Source of the DNA: Camelus dromedarius
Taxonomy: Eukaryota
Direction of reading: 5' to 3'
DNA length: 64,000 nt
Assembly (NCBI RefSeq): GCF_036321535.1
Contig: NC_087436.1
Span: forward strand, 38,504,001-38,568,000
Shown: piece by piece, positions 63,561 through 64,000 of the stretch
How the letters are laid out: every line of letters begins with the position of its first letter
Numbering within the stretch: position 1 is the stretch's first letter
Position numbers and translations under genes: made by a program
Notes under the pieces: generated by a model
Seen by the model: the letters and a program-made list of their open reading frames with translations, nothing else
What the model was told of the DNA's origin: nothing
Databases searched by the model: none

Positions 63561-64000
63561 AGAATTGGGTTTTGAAAATATCGTCACAATTATTCAAAGT
63601 TGTTTTACATAATACCTCCTCCATTAAGCCTTTCTTCTCACGCGGTGGTAATTTCTATTTCCCCTGAACATCACAGCCATTTTCTGTATCCCTGGCAGAA
63701 CTCTTATTTACAGTTGTCTTGTACTATTGCTCACTTGTTTAATCATCTCTACACTATAAAATGTTTGAAAGTCTGTAAATTCTTATTTCACCTTAATACT
63801 CTGCCATCCTAACAGTGTACTAGGGGTCCAATGTATTTGCGGTCAAATCTATGCAAAACAATAGGGGAAAAGGTACTGATTTACTCTCCTCTAATGACTG
63901 AACACAGGATGAGCCCAAGCATGCCCATACTTGGGGCAGTAAGTGTTGCATTGTGAGTGGAACATACGGCGATGAGGTCAACTGTCTCTTGGGAGAGATC

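Overview
AT-rich, repeat-dense mammalian genomic DNA, most likely from a camelid, judged from the tRNA-derived Vic-1-type SINEs and the young L1 3' ends. The only host gene I can support is a + strand, intron-containing ARHGAP20-like RhoGAP paralog. Ten exons between 619 and about 21109 encode the end of the PH domain, the RA domain and the RhoGAP domain; the 5' exons lie upstream of the window. Splice dinucleotides and exon phases are essentially intact, but there are three in-frame stops (7647, 11471, 15942) and a 7-nt frame-breaking insertion at a donor site (5363-5369), so it appears to be a fairly recently disabled unprocessed pseudogene. The rest is L1, L2, MIR, MaLR/ERVL LTRs, DNA-transposon relics and microsatellites, plus a repeat-poor stretch of unknown function at about 49.9-56.6 kb. 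I found no prokaryote-type system (CRISPR, operon) and no convincing novel biological system. The most notable items are the pseudogene, several unusual retrotransposon structures, a possible Tc1-like transposase fossil and a double palindrome. Protein and repeat family assignments come from remembered sequences, not database searches, and repeat boundaries are approximate.
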